From positions 1 through 24,310 of the forward strand of contig JAOPTW010000062.1 of assembly GCA_051532035.1 (NCBI GenBank): a DNA stretch of 24,310 nucleotides. The letters are read 5' to 3'. The stretch comes from Fibrobacterales bacterium. Its GTDB lineage: Bacteria > Fibrobacterota > Fibrobacteria > Fibrobacterales > JAOPTW01. This document shows positions 10,083 through 18,554 of the stretch, piece by piece; positions within the stretch are counted from its first letter, which is position 1; every line of letters begins with the position of its first letter. The notes beneath the pieces were generated by a model that was given only the letters and a program-made list of their open reading frames with translations, searched no databases and was not told the origin of the DNA. A program made the translations under genes and the position numbers.

Positions 10083-10115
10083 AACGAGCAATGAACATTT
10101 TGTTCACTGCTCGTT
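10083..10115 (-). other. 15-bp stem-loop between osmC and ccsB with no U-tract
   Basis: Minus strand AACGAGCAGTGAACA-AAA-TGTTCATTGCTCGTT; fully paired with one G-U pair on this strand only. Confidence 0.7.
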
Positions 10116-10140
10116 AAAGTAATCATTAACTCAATGTTGA

Positions 10141-10554
10141 TCATTGAGTAATGGTATATTCGTAGGATATTTTTACCGTTGTTTTAAGCATCTCTGCTAC
10201 AGAACAATATTTGTCAACTGCAAGTGCTAGCGCCCTTTCAAGCTTTGCTGGGTCAATATCACCTTTAAAATTAAAGATGAGATGAATTGCATCATAGACT
10301 GAAGGAACAGTATCAACACGACTCCCCTGTACTTTAATTTCAAGATCTTCTACTGTTTGACGTTGTTTTTCGAGAATTGAGAGGAGATCAAAGGAACTAC
10401 AACCTGCAAGCCCCATGAGCACCATTTCCATTGGACGGAGCCCATCATCAGTACCACCAATTTTGGCTGGCCCATCAAGAACAGCCTCGTGCCCTGTGGC
10501 ATTCGATGCTACAAATTTATATCCTGTATCTCTCTTAAGAGTAACTTCTACCAT
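10141..10554 (-). CDS. OsmC/Ohr-family (YhfA-like) protein
   Basis: GLRPMEMVLMGLAGCSSFD and AVDKYCSVA (two conserved Cys); start taken as ATG 10554, 1 nt after the rhodanese stop. Confidence 0.92.
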   Translation of the reverse strand: MVEVTLKRDTGYKFVASNATGHEAVLDGPAKIGGTDDGLRPMEMVLMGLAGCSSFDLLSILEKQRQTVEDLEIKVQGSRVDTVPSVYDAIHLIFNFKGDIDPAKLERALALAVDKYCSVAEMLKTTVKISYEYTITQ

Positions 10555-10555
10555 A

Positions 10556-10861
10556 TTATGCCTGTTCGAAGCCCATTGAAATGAGATCAACAAACCCTTC
10601 AGCGAGAGCTTCAACATCTTCGAAGCCATGTTCTTCTAGTACCGGAGCAGCCATCTGAACACGCGCCCCACTGCGACAGTAAAGATATAATTTTTTAGTC
10701 TTATCAAGAGTGTCAGGAATAACATCCTGATTGAGTTGAGTAAGAGGGGCAAAAAATGCACCAGCTACATGGCCAGCATCCCATTCTTCTTTTTCACGTA
10801 CATCAACCAATTGAGCTGAACCTTCAGCAATCTCGTTTTTAATATCATCTAGGTATGACAT
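10556..10861 (-). CDS. Single-domain rhodanese (GlpE/PspE-like sulfurtransferase)
   Basis: LVDVRE..EWDAGHVAGA and active-site loop YCRSGAR; RBS GAGGT overlapping the cysM stop supports ATG 10861. Confidence 0.92.
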   Translation of the reverse strand: MSYLDDIKNEIAEGSAQLVDVREKEEWDAGHVAGAFFAPLTQLNQDVIPDTLDKTKKLYLYCRSGARVQMAAPVLEEHGFEDVEALAEGFVDLISMGFEQA

Positions 10862-10863
10862 TG

Positions 10864-11751
10864 TTACCTCTTGTTTATAAATAAATTTGTTGATAAATAG
10901 CGGTCGCCTCGATCGCAAATAATTGCAACGATAGTGCCACTCTTAAGTGTTTTTGCAAGTTCTATTGCTGCGTGTACCGCGCCTCCCGAGCTCATTCCTG
11001 CAAATATTCCTTCTTCACGTGCAAGACGTTGAGTCATCCGTACGGCATCCGCCTCAGAAACATCAACGACCACATCAACTCTGTCGGGTTCAAATATTTT
11101 GGGTAGGTACTCTTTGGGCCATCTACGAATCCCTGGTATATTGGAGTTTTCAGTAGGTTGACACCCAATAATCTGTACCGCTTCACTCTGCTCTTTTAGG
11201 TATCGCGATACACCCATAATGGTTCCCGTAGTCCCCATTGATGAGACAAAGTGTGTAACCTCGCCATTGGTATCTTTCCATATTTCAGGTCCTGTACCTT
11301 CATAGTGGGCTAGCCAGTTATCAGGATTCGCAAATTGATTTAAAATGACGCACCCATTTTCTTTTACTTGATTATGAGCATAATCAATAGCACCTTCCAT
11401 GCTCGCTTCTGCAGGAGTAAGGGTAACAGTTGCACCAAAAGCCTCCATAGTGAGCACGCGCTCTTTTGAGGCATTGGCCGGCATGACCAATTCTATAGTA
11501 AGTCCGAGCATACTCGCAACCATTGCAAGTGCAATACCAGTGTTACCACTCGTTGGCTCAATAAGCCGAGAGTTTTCATCAATCTCGCCACGCTCTAAAG
11601 CTCTTTTAATCATAGAGTAGGCTGGTCTATCTTTTACTGACCCCGCAGGGTTGTTCCCTTCAAGTTTGACCAATACCGAAACATTTGGGTTGGTATTGAT
11701 CCGCTGAAGTTCTACAAGAGGGGTATTCCCTATTAATTCGGTAATGTGCAT
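10864..11751 (-). CDS. cysM: Cysteine synthase B (O-acetylserine sulfhydrylase B)
   Basis: KLEGNNPAGSVKDR (PLP lysine), EPTSGNTGIA, MGTTGT, the CysM-type IPGIRRW loop and C-terminal CDRGDRYLS. Confidence 0.96.
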   Translation of the reverse strand: MHITELIGNTPLVELQRINTNPNVSVLVKLEGNNPAGSVKDRPAYSMIKRALERGEIDENSRLIEPTSGNTGIALAMVASMLGLTIELVMPANASKERVLTMEAFGATVTLTPAEASMEGAIDYAHNQVKENGCVILNQFANPDNWLAHYEGTGPEIWKDTNGEVTHFVSSMGTTGTIMGVSRYLKEQSEAVQIIGCQPTENSNIPGIRRWPKEYLPKIFEPDRVDVVVDVSEADAVRMTQRLAREEGIFAGMSSGGAVHAAIELAKTLKSGTIVAIICDRGDRYLSTNLFINKR

Positions 11752-11916
11752 ATCACCTTTTTATACCGGTTTATAACCGGAATTCTCAAAGTTGTTATGA
11801 TTATAAATATAAGTATCTCTACCCATCTGAACGTCAAATGATAGGCTTTATAACAGTTTTACACACTGTTGTTTAAAGTTGTATTTTTGTTCTGTGTTAA
11901 GGCTATTCTATGATAC

Positions 11917-11947
11917 AAAAAAAGCCCCCTGAAAACAGGAGGCTTTT
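11917..11947 (-). terminator. Intrinsic terminator after nrfA (possibly bidirectional)
   Basis: Minus strand AAAAGCCTCCTG-TTTT-CAGGGGGCTTTTTTT. Confidence 0.85.
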
Positions 11948-11966
11948 AAAACTATGTACAATTAGA

Positions 11967-13505
11967 TTATTTTGAGTCGTATTTCGCTTCGCGTTCAGCG
12001 GCACGTTTATTCCATTCAGGAACAACAGTCTCCAAAAACTTTTTCTTGTCAGCTTTCATTTTATCAGGATTGAGACCAATAAAACGCTGTGCTTTATCTT
12101 TGGTTGAGATATCTGGATAAGGCACCTCGCCATCAAAGCCAAGTTTTGGAAGGAGCTTCGCAAGTTTAATACGAGCCTCTTGAGCTCTCTGGATACCAGT
12201 ACTAATTACACGAGTAATCTCAACAGGGGCATGAAATGAAGCACCATGTGACGCAGCTGCATAATCCCATCTCCACTGTGCATGACGAATATCTTGAAGG
12301 ATATCTTTCATCTGCTCTTGTTTTGCTCCAACTTCCCACGCTTTACCCGCTTCGAGATGTGCTTTAACCAGTAGAATTTCGAGTTGATCACGAACATCAA
12401 TTACTTTATCTTGGTTAGAGTAGACATTTGCTTTTAACTCTTCTGCACTCTCTCTATGGCACACCTGACATGAATTTGCAATATTGTTGAGTGGAGATTG
12501 AATACGGTGATCAGAAAATTTAACAGCACCTTGAGTTTTATATGGCATGTGACAATCTGCACAGCTTACACCACGTTTTCCATGAATACCTTGAAGATGT
12601 ACTTCGTATCCTGGATGCTGTGCTTTAAGCATTGGTGCTTTTGAAATTTTATGTGTCCAATCTTTAAAAGGCTTGCCATCTTTACCTTTAACATTATCAT
12701 AGTATGTTTCCATAGCTTCAACGCTCATACCTTGATCCCATGGGAAGGTAAGATAGGGAGAACCAGGCTTAACTGTTTTATTGAAGTAGTACTCTACGTG
12801 ACATTGAGCACAGACGAGTGAACGCATTTCGTTATGAGTCGCATCATTGATATCTTTACCCTGACGTTGAAATGCCTCAACAAGAGCAGGACGAGAGATC
12901 GCAAGTTCCATTGTTTCTGGATTGTGACAATCTGAACACCCAATTGGATTGACGATTTCTTCACCTTTATCAAACCATTTACCTTTATAGAATTCAGCAA
13001 CACCATCTTTACCGTCTTTGCCAAGTTCATTCATAAGACGTGGTACGTCTGGAGATTTACAAGTCCAACAGGTTGCAGGCATTGGGCCGTCACCTTTTTT
13101 CATTGGCGCACCAGTCCGTTGTATTTTTTGAATATCATCAATCGCATAAAAGTGACCTTTTGATTGATTATAGCCTTTAGAGAAGCCATAGCCAGCCCAA
13201 AGAATAACTAAGCGCGGATCAACTTCAAGCATATCAATATCAACATTACCGTTGTATTTTGATTTGAAGTCTTTTTTCGCAGTCTCTTTCCAGGTCTCTC
13301 CTTCGAGAGGATACTGCTTGATAAACTCTTCGTTACGAGGCTCAAACTGTTTGAGCGGTTTAACCGGACGGTATGCAACTTTTGCTTCTACCCTTCTATT
13401 TACAATATCAGATGCAAGAAGTCCTCCAAGAACTATTGCAACTATTATTGTAAAAAATAGAAGCCATCCAAGAATTGATTTTTTTTCTTTAGCCACTGTG
13501 ACCAC
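11967..13505 (-). CDS. nrfA: Ammonia-forming cytochrome c nitrite reductase catalytic subunit (pentaheme)
   Basis: Heme motifs CWTCK (active-site CxxCK), CSDCH, CAQCH(VEYY), CADCH, CQVCH; KAQH motif; AQWRWD..ASHGASFHAP; N-terminal TM segment; start may be GTG 13496. Confidence 0.98.
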   Translation of the reverse strand: MVTVAKEKKSILGWLLFFTIIVAIVLGGLLASDIVNRRVEAKVAYRPVKPLKQFEPRNEEFIKQYPLEGETWKETAKKDFKSKYNGNVDIDMLEVDPRLVILWAGYGFSKGYNQSKGHFYAIDDIQKIQRTGAPMKKGDGPMPATCWTCKSPDVPRLMNELGKDGKDGVAEFYKGKWFDKGEEIVNPIGCSDCHNPETMELAISRPALVEAFQRQGKDINDATHNEMRSLVCAQCHVEYYFNKTVKPGSPYLTFPWDQGMSVEAMETYYDNVKGKDGKPFKDWTHKISKAPMLKAQHPGYEVHLQGIHGKRGVSCADCHMPYKTQGAVKFSDHRIQSPLNNIANSCQVCHRESAEELKANVYSNQDKVIDVRDQLEILLVKAHLEAGKAWEVGAKQEQMKDILQDIRHAQWRWDYAAASHGASFHAPVEITRVISTGIQRAQEARIKLAKLLPKLGFDGEVPYPDISTKDKAQRFIGLNPDKMKADKKKFLETVVPEWNKRAAEREAKYDSK

Positions 13506-13516
13506 CTTATTTTTGT

Positions 13517-14095
13517 TTATTTATTGTTTTTTGAATGCTCTTTGATCCACTCTGGTACTCGATCAGCAGGTCCGATTCCGATACCTGCATTGGGAGTGGA
13601 TGATAAACTTTTTACTGTGCCATGAGGAACATGCCTATGACAATCCCAGCACCGCTTCTCGCCTTTCTCATAGTCATCATTATCATGACCAAGTAAACCG
13701 ATATCGTGCACGAGGCTCTCATGGCACCGTTTACAGTTCTCTTGAACCGCTTTTTTACCCATGGGGGATATGGTAATAGCTTGTGGCTCAGCGTGTGCAG
13801 TAAAGACTGCAGTATGAACCATACCATCAATTGCTTTGTAGGCCATTTTTTTGACAATGTTCTGTTGGGGCAGGTGACAGTCGACACATGTACTAAACCG
13901 ACCATGTGAACTTCTTCTCCACGAAACGTATTCACTCGTCATAACATGACAGTTAATACAGGTTTCTGGAGAGCTCGACGCATAACTCCACACTCGAGCT
14001 TCATATGCTGTGTACATACCAATGCCAACCAAAATTGCTAACGCAATTACTATAGGGTATTTGAGTTTACCCAAACTATCGAAAAAGCTTCCCAC
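13517..14095 (-). CDS. nrfH: Cytochrome c nitrite reductase small subunit (tetraheme NapC/NirT-family quinol dehydrogenase)
   Basis: CINCHVM, CVDCH, CKRCH, CWDCH..VPHG; one N-terminal TM helix; GTG 14095 preceded by GAAGGT preferred over TTG 14173. Confidence 0.96.
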   Translation of the reverse strand: MGSFFDSLGKLKYPIVIALAILVGIGMYTAYEARVWSYASSSPETCINCHVMTSEYVSWRRSSHGRFSTCVDCHLPQQNIVKKMAYKAIDGMVHTAVFTAHAEPQAITISPMGKKAVQENCKRCHESLVHDIGLLGHDNDDYEKGEKRCWDCHRHVPHGTVKSLSSTPNAGIGIGPADRVPEWIKEHSKNNK

Positions 14096-14399
14096 AATTA
14101 CCTTCTCATTATGAAAATTCTGTAGTATAAAGTTTAATAATATTATTAGATAAGTAGTTGCAATAAATATCAACTCCGTAAAAACTTGTAATTGGACCTT
14201 TTTAGCTTATACAGGCCAATTTGCCCATAAATATTACGCTTACTAAAAGTGTAATGATATCATATTTGTTTATTTATAGTCATCAAACCCTCAAAACAAC
14301 TACTGAATCCACTATAGAAGTATTCACTTCGAAAAAAAGTATGTAAGGAAGCTCCACAAATACATACTAATAAAAAGTATCAACCTCATTGAGCGTATT

Positions 14400-15503
14400 A
14401 TGAAACAATCGTCTATCATCCTCAGTCTATTTATAACAGCCTTTTTGTCGGCGACATCATGTATCGAAGCCAAAACAACTCAAACTGAACCTGAATCAGG
14501 TGACCTATCAACCATTAAATCATCTGATGGAATAATAGCTAATGACTCTGCAACATTTGCTGGGGGGTGTTTCTGGTGTACTGAATCGGTTTTCGATGAG
14601 TTAGAAGGGGTTGCCTCTGCGGTTTCGGGATATTCTGGTGGTTCAGAAACGAATCCAACATACAAAGAGGTGTCATCCGGAGCAACGGGCCATACAGAAG
14701 TCGTTCGCGTCTATTTTGATTCATCCCTTATCACCTACAATCAACTCGTAGAATTTTTCTGGCGTCAATATGACCCGACCGATGCGGGGGGCTCATTTTA
14801 TGACCGGGGCTCACAATATCGGCCTGCCATATTTTATCATACCGACCTTCAAAAACAAATTGCCGAAAAGTCGATGGCTCATTTAATTGAAAACAACCCT
14901 TTTGGCAAACCACTGGCCACGGAATTAACTAAAGTAGGGGATTTTTGGCCTGCCGAGGAGTATCATCAGGATTACTACAAAAAGAACCCCGACCACTACT
15001 ACCGCTATCGCAGTGGCTCTGGACGCGATGCCTTTATTGCAAAATATTGGCCCAACCCAAGTGAATTTACCTATACTCGCTCCTCTGTTGCGACACTGAA
15101 AGGTACCTTAACAGATTTACAATTTACCGTGACTCAAAACAATGGCACCGAGCGCCCTTTTAACAATGAATATTGGAACAATAAAAATGAGGGTATTTAT
15201 ATAGATCTTGTCAGTAAAGAACCCCTCTTTAGCTCATCAACTAAATTTGTATCAGGAACGGGCTGGCCAAGCTTCCACACTCCCCTTGATCCGAACAATA
15301 TTATCGAAGTAATCGATACCGAGCTTGGCATGAATCGAATAGAAGTTCGAAGCCGACATGGAAACGCTCATTTGGGACATGTTTTTGATGATGGCCCTGC
15401 TCCTACAGGGTTACGGTACTGCCTTAATTCAGCATCAATAGAGTTTATACCAAAAGAAGAACTTGAAGCGCGAGGATACGCCCAGTACAAAAGTCTCTTT
15501 TAG
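14400..15503 (+). CDS. msrAB: Second MsrA-MsrB fusion with a predicted lipoprotein signal (exported)
   Basis: Signal [64 protein letters not shown]. Confidence 0.95.
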   Translation: MKQSSIILSLFITAFLSATSCIEAKTTQTEPESGDLSTIKSSDGIIANDSATFAGGCFWCTESVFDELEGVASAVSGYSGGSETNPTYKEVSSGATGHTEVVRVYFDSSLITYNQLVEFFWRQYDPTDAGGSFYDRGSQYRPAIFYHTDLQKQIAEKSMAHLIENNPFGKPLATELTKVGDFWPAEEYHQDYYKKNPDHYYRYRSGSGRDAFIAKYWPNPSEFTYTRSSVATLKGTLTDLQFTVTQNNGTERPFNNEYWNNKNEGIYIDLVSKEPLFSSSTKFVSGTGWPSFHTPLDPNNIIEVIDTELGMNRIEVRSRHGNAHLGHVFDDGPAPTGLRYCLNSASIEFIPKEELEARGYAQYKSLF

Positions 15504-15531
15504 AGCAGCTTCACATACCTCATTATTTAAT

Positions 15532-15559
15532 GGCACCATTTAATGGTGTCCCTCTCTTT
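15532..15559 (+). terminator. Possible terminator after the second msrAB
   Basis: GGCACCAT-TTA-ATGGTGTC hairpin followed by a weak pyrimidine tract. Confidence 0.4.
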
Positions 15560-15582
15560 GCCTTTGAACAGATGATATTTAC

Positions 15583-15610
15583 TTGATCTGACCTATTTTT
15601 TTGTTATACT
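15583..15610 (+). promoter_or_regulatory. Putative sigma70 promoter of the glycosyltransferase fusion gene
   Basis: TTGATC-N16-TATACT with an extended -10 TG. Confidence 0.45.
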
Positions 15611-15642
15611 AGATACATACAATCTCTTATTATAAGGCAGCC

Positions 15643-17586
15643 TTGCAGACGCTCTCTCTTATCGCCCTTCTTTCCTATGCCATTTCTTCTGGTATACTCA
15701 TTTCCCAGCTAAAAACCATTGAGCAAAACCCCTCAATGATTTTTCTCACTATTATTATGTTTTTCTCTATGACCCTGTTATGGAGACAACGGCCATCCAG
15801 CAAATTTATTTACGGCACTCTCGCATTTTCCATTGTAATAAAAATTGGCTTTTTCCTCTTTCCGGTGAATGGGGATATTTTTCGATACCTCTGGGAAGGT
15901 AAAATACAACTCCATGGATTTAATCCTTTTCATGTAGCCCCCGATAGTCAAGAACTCCTCGGTTTAAGGGATGGTATATGGGGTAGAGTAAATCATAAAG
16001 ACTACACTACTATCTATTGGCCCCTTGCACAGATATTATTTAAGACCATGTACGACCTTTTTGGTTCGGTAACCAGTTACCGGATTCTGTTTCTTATTTT
16101 TGATATTGGAATGATCCTCATGCTCAGGCAGATTATCCTCCTGAGAAAAAAGCACATGAGCAACCTACTCCTCTATGGTTTGAACCCTCTTATACTCATA
16201 TATACAATGGGCGAAGCACACCTCGAAATTTTACCACTCTTTTTTGTTGTACTCGCCTATCTACTCTATCTGAAAAAGCAGTGGGTATGGCTCTACATTT
16301 CAATTGGTATGGCAATAATGATTAAAGCGCCTTACATTATTTTTCTCCCCTTATTTATCAATCGAAAAAACGTAATACATCTCAGCTTTATCTGCATTCC
16401 CTTCTACCTAATATTCGCTTATCTAGAAACACCTTTAGACCTTTTACTCAGTCTTACCAAATTTACCACTTCTCTCTCTTACAATGGACTTCTTCATTCC
16501 CTCATCAGTTTAGTAGTGAGTGAAAAAGCCGCTACTTTTGTTGTTTTCCCCATTGCGGCACTGCTCTATACCACCATTTTCTTTGTAACACCAATGCGCT
16601 CAAAAGCCATATTTAATGCTGCCTTAGTCTTTATTCTCTGCAGCCCCACCTTTCATCCATGGTACCTTATCATGGTCACCCCATTTTTAGTACTCCACCC
16701 TTCACGTCCTGTACTGCTTTTACACCTTACTGTTATCCCTCTCGTCTTTAGATACAATGATTTAGTAGTAGGTAGTTTCTGGCACAATGAGCTATTCTTG
16801 CAGTTAATAGAATATGTCCCCTTTGTACTCGCGACTCTCATCATCTTTGAACGTCAAATAAAAGAGCCTTCCATTGGTATAAAACGATCTAAGATTACAG
16901 TTATTATTCCAACTCTCAATGAAGGTAAAAACATTACCGCGTGCCTTGACTCTCTTATGTATCAAAAAGGGATCGAAGAGATCATAGTTGTTGATGCTGG
17001 TTCACATGATAAAACTCGAAACCTGGCACGGGCATTTGAAAATGTTTCGGTGGTTATTGCAGAGAAAGGACGCGGCAATCAAATACTTACGGGTATTGAG
17101 GAAGCAACCAGCAATGCTATCGCTGTTGTTCATGCAGACACCATACTCAAAGGTGGGGCTATTGAGTCAATCATAGAAACTCTCGATAGATCACCAGCCG
17201 TATATGGTGGTGCTCTTGGGGCTCGCTACAGTGATTCATCTATAAAGTTTACCATTACTCAAACCTTGAACACCCTTAGAGCTAAATACCTCGGTATATC
17301 ATTTGGTGATCAAGTTCAGTTTTTTAGAACGGCTTATATCAAAGCAAAGCTTCAACCCTTTCGACTTATGGAAGACATTGAGATTGCCCTCCTCATTAAA
17401 GAGCAGGGTGATACCGTTTTTATTCCAGGTTATGTAGAATGCAGTACCCGTACTTGGACCAAACGAGGCTTTGTAGAAAACTTCAAAACGGTAATACACC
17501 TTACAGGGCTCTTCTTAATTAAACGTCGTTTGGGGACACTCTCAAAAGACTGTAACGAATTCTATTTGAAATATTATGGCAAATAA
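15643..17586 (+). CDS. Fusion of a polytopic GT-C (GT87/DUF2029-like) domain and a C-terminal GT2 (TIGR04283-like) glycosyltransferase
   Basis: N-part: DIFRYLWEG..G.NPF..AP, VNH..YTTIYWP, LNPL...GEAHLE, PTFHPWY and many TM helices. C-part: VIIPTLNE, IIVVDAGS.DKT, KGRGNQ, VHADT, FGDQVQF, LMEDIE, STRTW. Confidence 0.85.
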   Translation: MQTLSLIALLSYAISSGILISQLKTIEQNPSMIFLTIIMFFSMTLLWRQRPSSKFIYGTLAFSIVIKIGFFLFPVNGDIFRYLWEGKIQLHGFNPFHVAPDSQELLGLRDGIWGRVNHKDYTTIYWPLAQILFKTMYDLFGSVTSYRILFLIFDIGMILMLRQIILLRKKHMSNLLLYGLNPLILIYTMGEAHLEILPLFFVVLAYLLYLKKQWVWLYISIGMAIMIKAPYIIFLPLFINRKNVIHLSFICIPFYLIFAYLETPLDLLLSLTKFTTSLSYNGLLHSLISLVVSEKAATFVVFPIAALLYTTIFFVTPMRSKAIFNAALVFILCSPTFHPWYLIMVTPFLVLHPSRPVLLLHLTVIPLVFRYNDLVVGSFWHNELFLQLIEYVPFVLATLIIFERQIKEPSIGIKRSKITVIIPTLNEGKNITACLDSLMYQKGIEEIIVVDAGSHDKTRNLARAFENVSVVIAEKGRGNQILTGIEEATSNAIAVVHADTILKGGAIESIIETLDRSPAVYGGALGARYSDSSIKFTITQTLNTLRAKYLGISFGDQVQFFRTAYIKAKLQPFRLMEDIEIALLIKEQGDTVFIPGYVECSTRTWTKRGFVENFKTVIHLTGLFLIKRRLGTLSKDCNEFYLKYYGK

Positions 17587-17617
17587 ATCTCTGTCATCTG
17601 TTTATATTTTCAGGAGA

Positions 17618-18442
17618 TCAACTCTTTTTATTAACAACATAGATACCCACCAGATAGCATAGAATTGCCCCAATATAGATACTATGAAATGGTTCGTTGA
17701 AATAGAGCACTGATAAAAAAGTAGTAATGATTGGTGCAATAAGAAGAAAGGTTGCTATTGTAAAAGGGTCTTTTAGGGCGAGGAGACTATTGACCGACAC
17801 TACCGTCACTGCATGACACAATCCGAGCAGTAAAAGAATACCCAAAGAATAGAGGCTCAAATTAAACAACGGAACTGACTGCATAGAGATGAGCAGATAG
17901 ACCACCCCTGTCCCAAGGGCCATCGTGTATGCACTCATAGTAAATGCGTTATAAAAGCCTCTTAAGTACTTACTTACAAGAAGAAAGAGAGCATATGACA
18001 ACCCTGCACCAAGTGAATAAACATCGGGCAGGCCTAGGGCTGTATCAGAATTATTTTCACCTTCACCCAACAATAAATATCCACCCAGAATCATCAAGCC
18101 TGCACCAATTCCCAATCGTACGGTTGGCATAAACTTTAAAAATACAATTGAGAGAAGGGCGACCCAGAGAGGGAATGCATTTACAAACAGGGTCGCTTTA
18201 TAGGCACTCCCTTGGATTATTGCGGTATTCCAGAGCACCATATTTGCGGTAAAAAACAAAGCGGCAACTACTACTACCCTCTTTTTTGTAGTAGGATAGA
18301 GTTTTTGTTTTTTAAGAACGATAGGAATATAGAGAAAGAGAGATGCAAAGAGCATTCTATACAATGTTACCTCAATCCCTGGAACCCCTGAATGCTTCAC
18401 AAGTAATGGACTCACGCCAATAGTTACAATTGCAATAGTCAA
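17618..18442 (-). CDS. DMT/EamA-family transporter
   Basis: About 10 hydrophobic helices in two repeats; IGVSPLLVK, YRMLFA, FPLWVALLSIVFLK, LIAPIITTFLSVLYFNE; exact start uncertain. Confidence 0.88.
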   Translation of the reverse strand: MTIAIVTIGVSPLLVKHSGVPGIEVTLYRMLFASLFLYIPIVLKKQKLYPTTKKRVVVVAALFFTANMVLWNTAIIQGSAYKATLFVNAFPLWVALLSIVFLKFMPTVRLGIGAGLMILGGYLLLGEGENNSDTALGLPDVYSLGAGLSYALFLLVSKYLRGFYNAFTMSAYTMALGTGVVYLLISMQSVPLFNLSLYSLGILLLLGLCHAVTVVSVNSLLALKDPFTIATFLLIAPIITTFLSVLYFNEPFHSIYIGAILCYLVGIYVVNKKS

Positions 18443-18554
18443 TAAGAAAGAATAGGACAGGCAGAGTACCTTTTAAAAAAGTATTTTAAAAGTACAAAGA
18501 ATTAGGTGGCATCGTTAGCCTTATGAACTGACACATGACACCTGATATGTGCAC

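Noticed and set aside
10555..10629. N-terminal extension of the OsmC ORF (MASKML...)
   Set aside because: It overlaps the rhodanese gene; the family-like sequence starts at ATG 10554, coupled to the rhodanese stop
10862..10918. N-terminal extension of the rhodanese ORF
   Set aside because: It overlaps cysM; the GAGGT RBS supports ATG 10861
11967..13505. Possible atypical (CxxCH-type or calcium-independent) NrfA
   Set aside because: It has the canonical CWTCK first heme motif, VEYY and KAQH, so it is a conventional enzyme
14096..14173. Hydrophobic N-terminal extension of NrfH from TTG 14173
   Set aside because: It is AT-rich promoter-like sequence; GTG 14095 has an RBS and gives a normal single-TM NrfH
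5780..15503. Possible selenocysteine in Msr, rhodanese or OsmC active sites
   Set aside because: All catalytic positions are ordinary Cys codons in uninterrupted frames
15643..17586. Complete arsenosugar biosynthesis cluster
   Set aside because: No ArsS radical SAM, ArsM methyltransferase or DUF2064 gene is visible in the window
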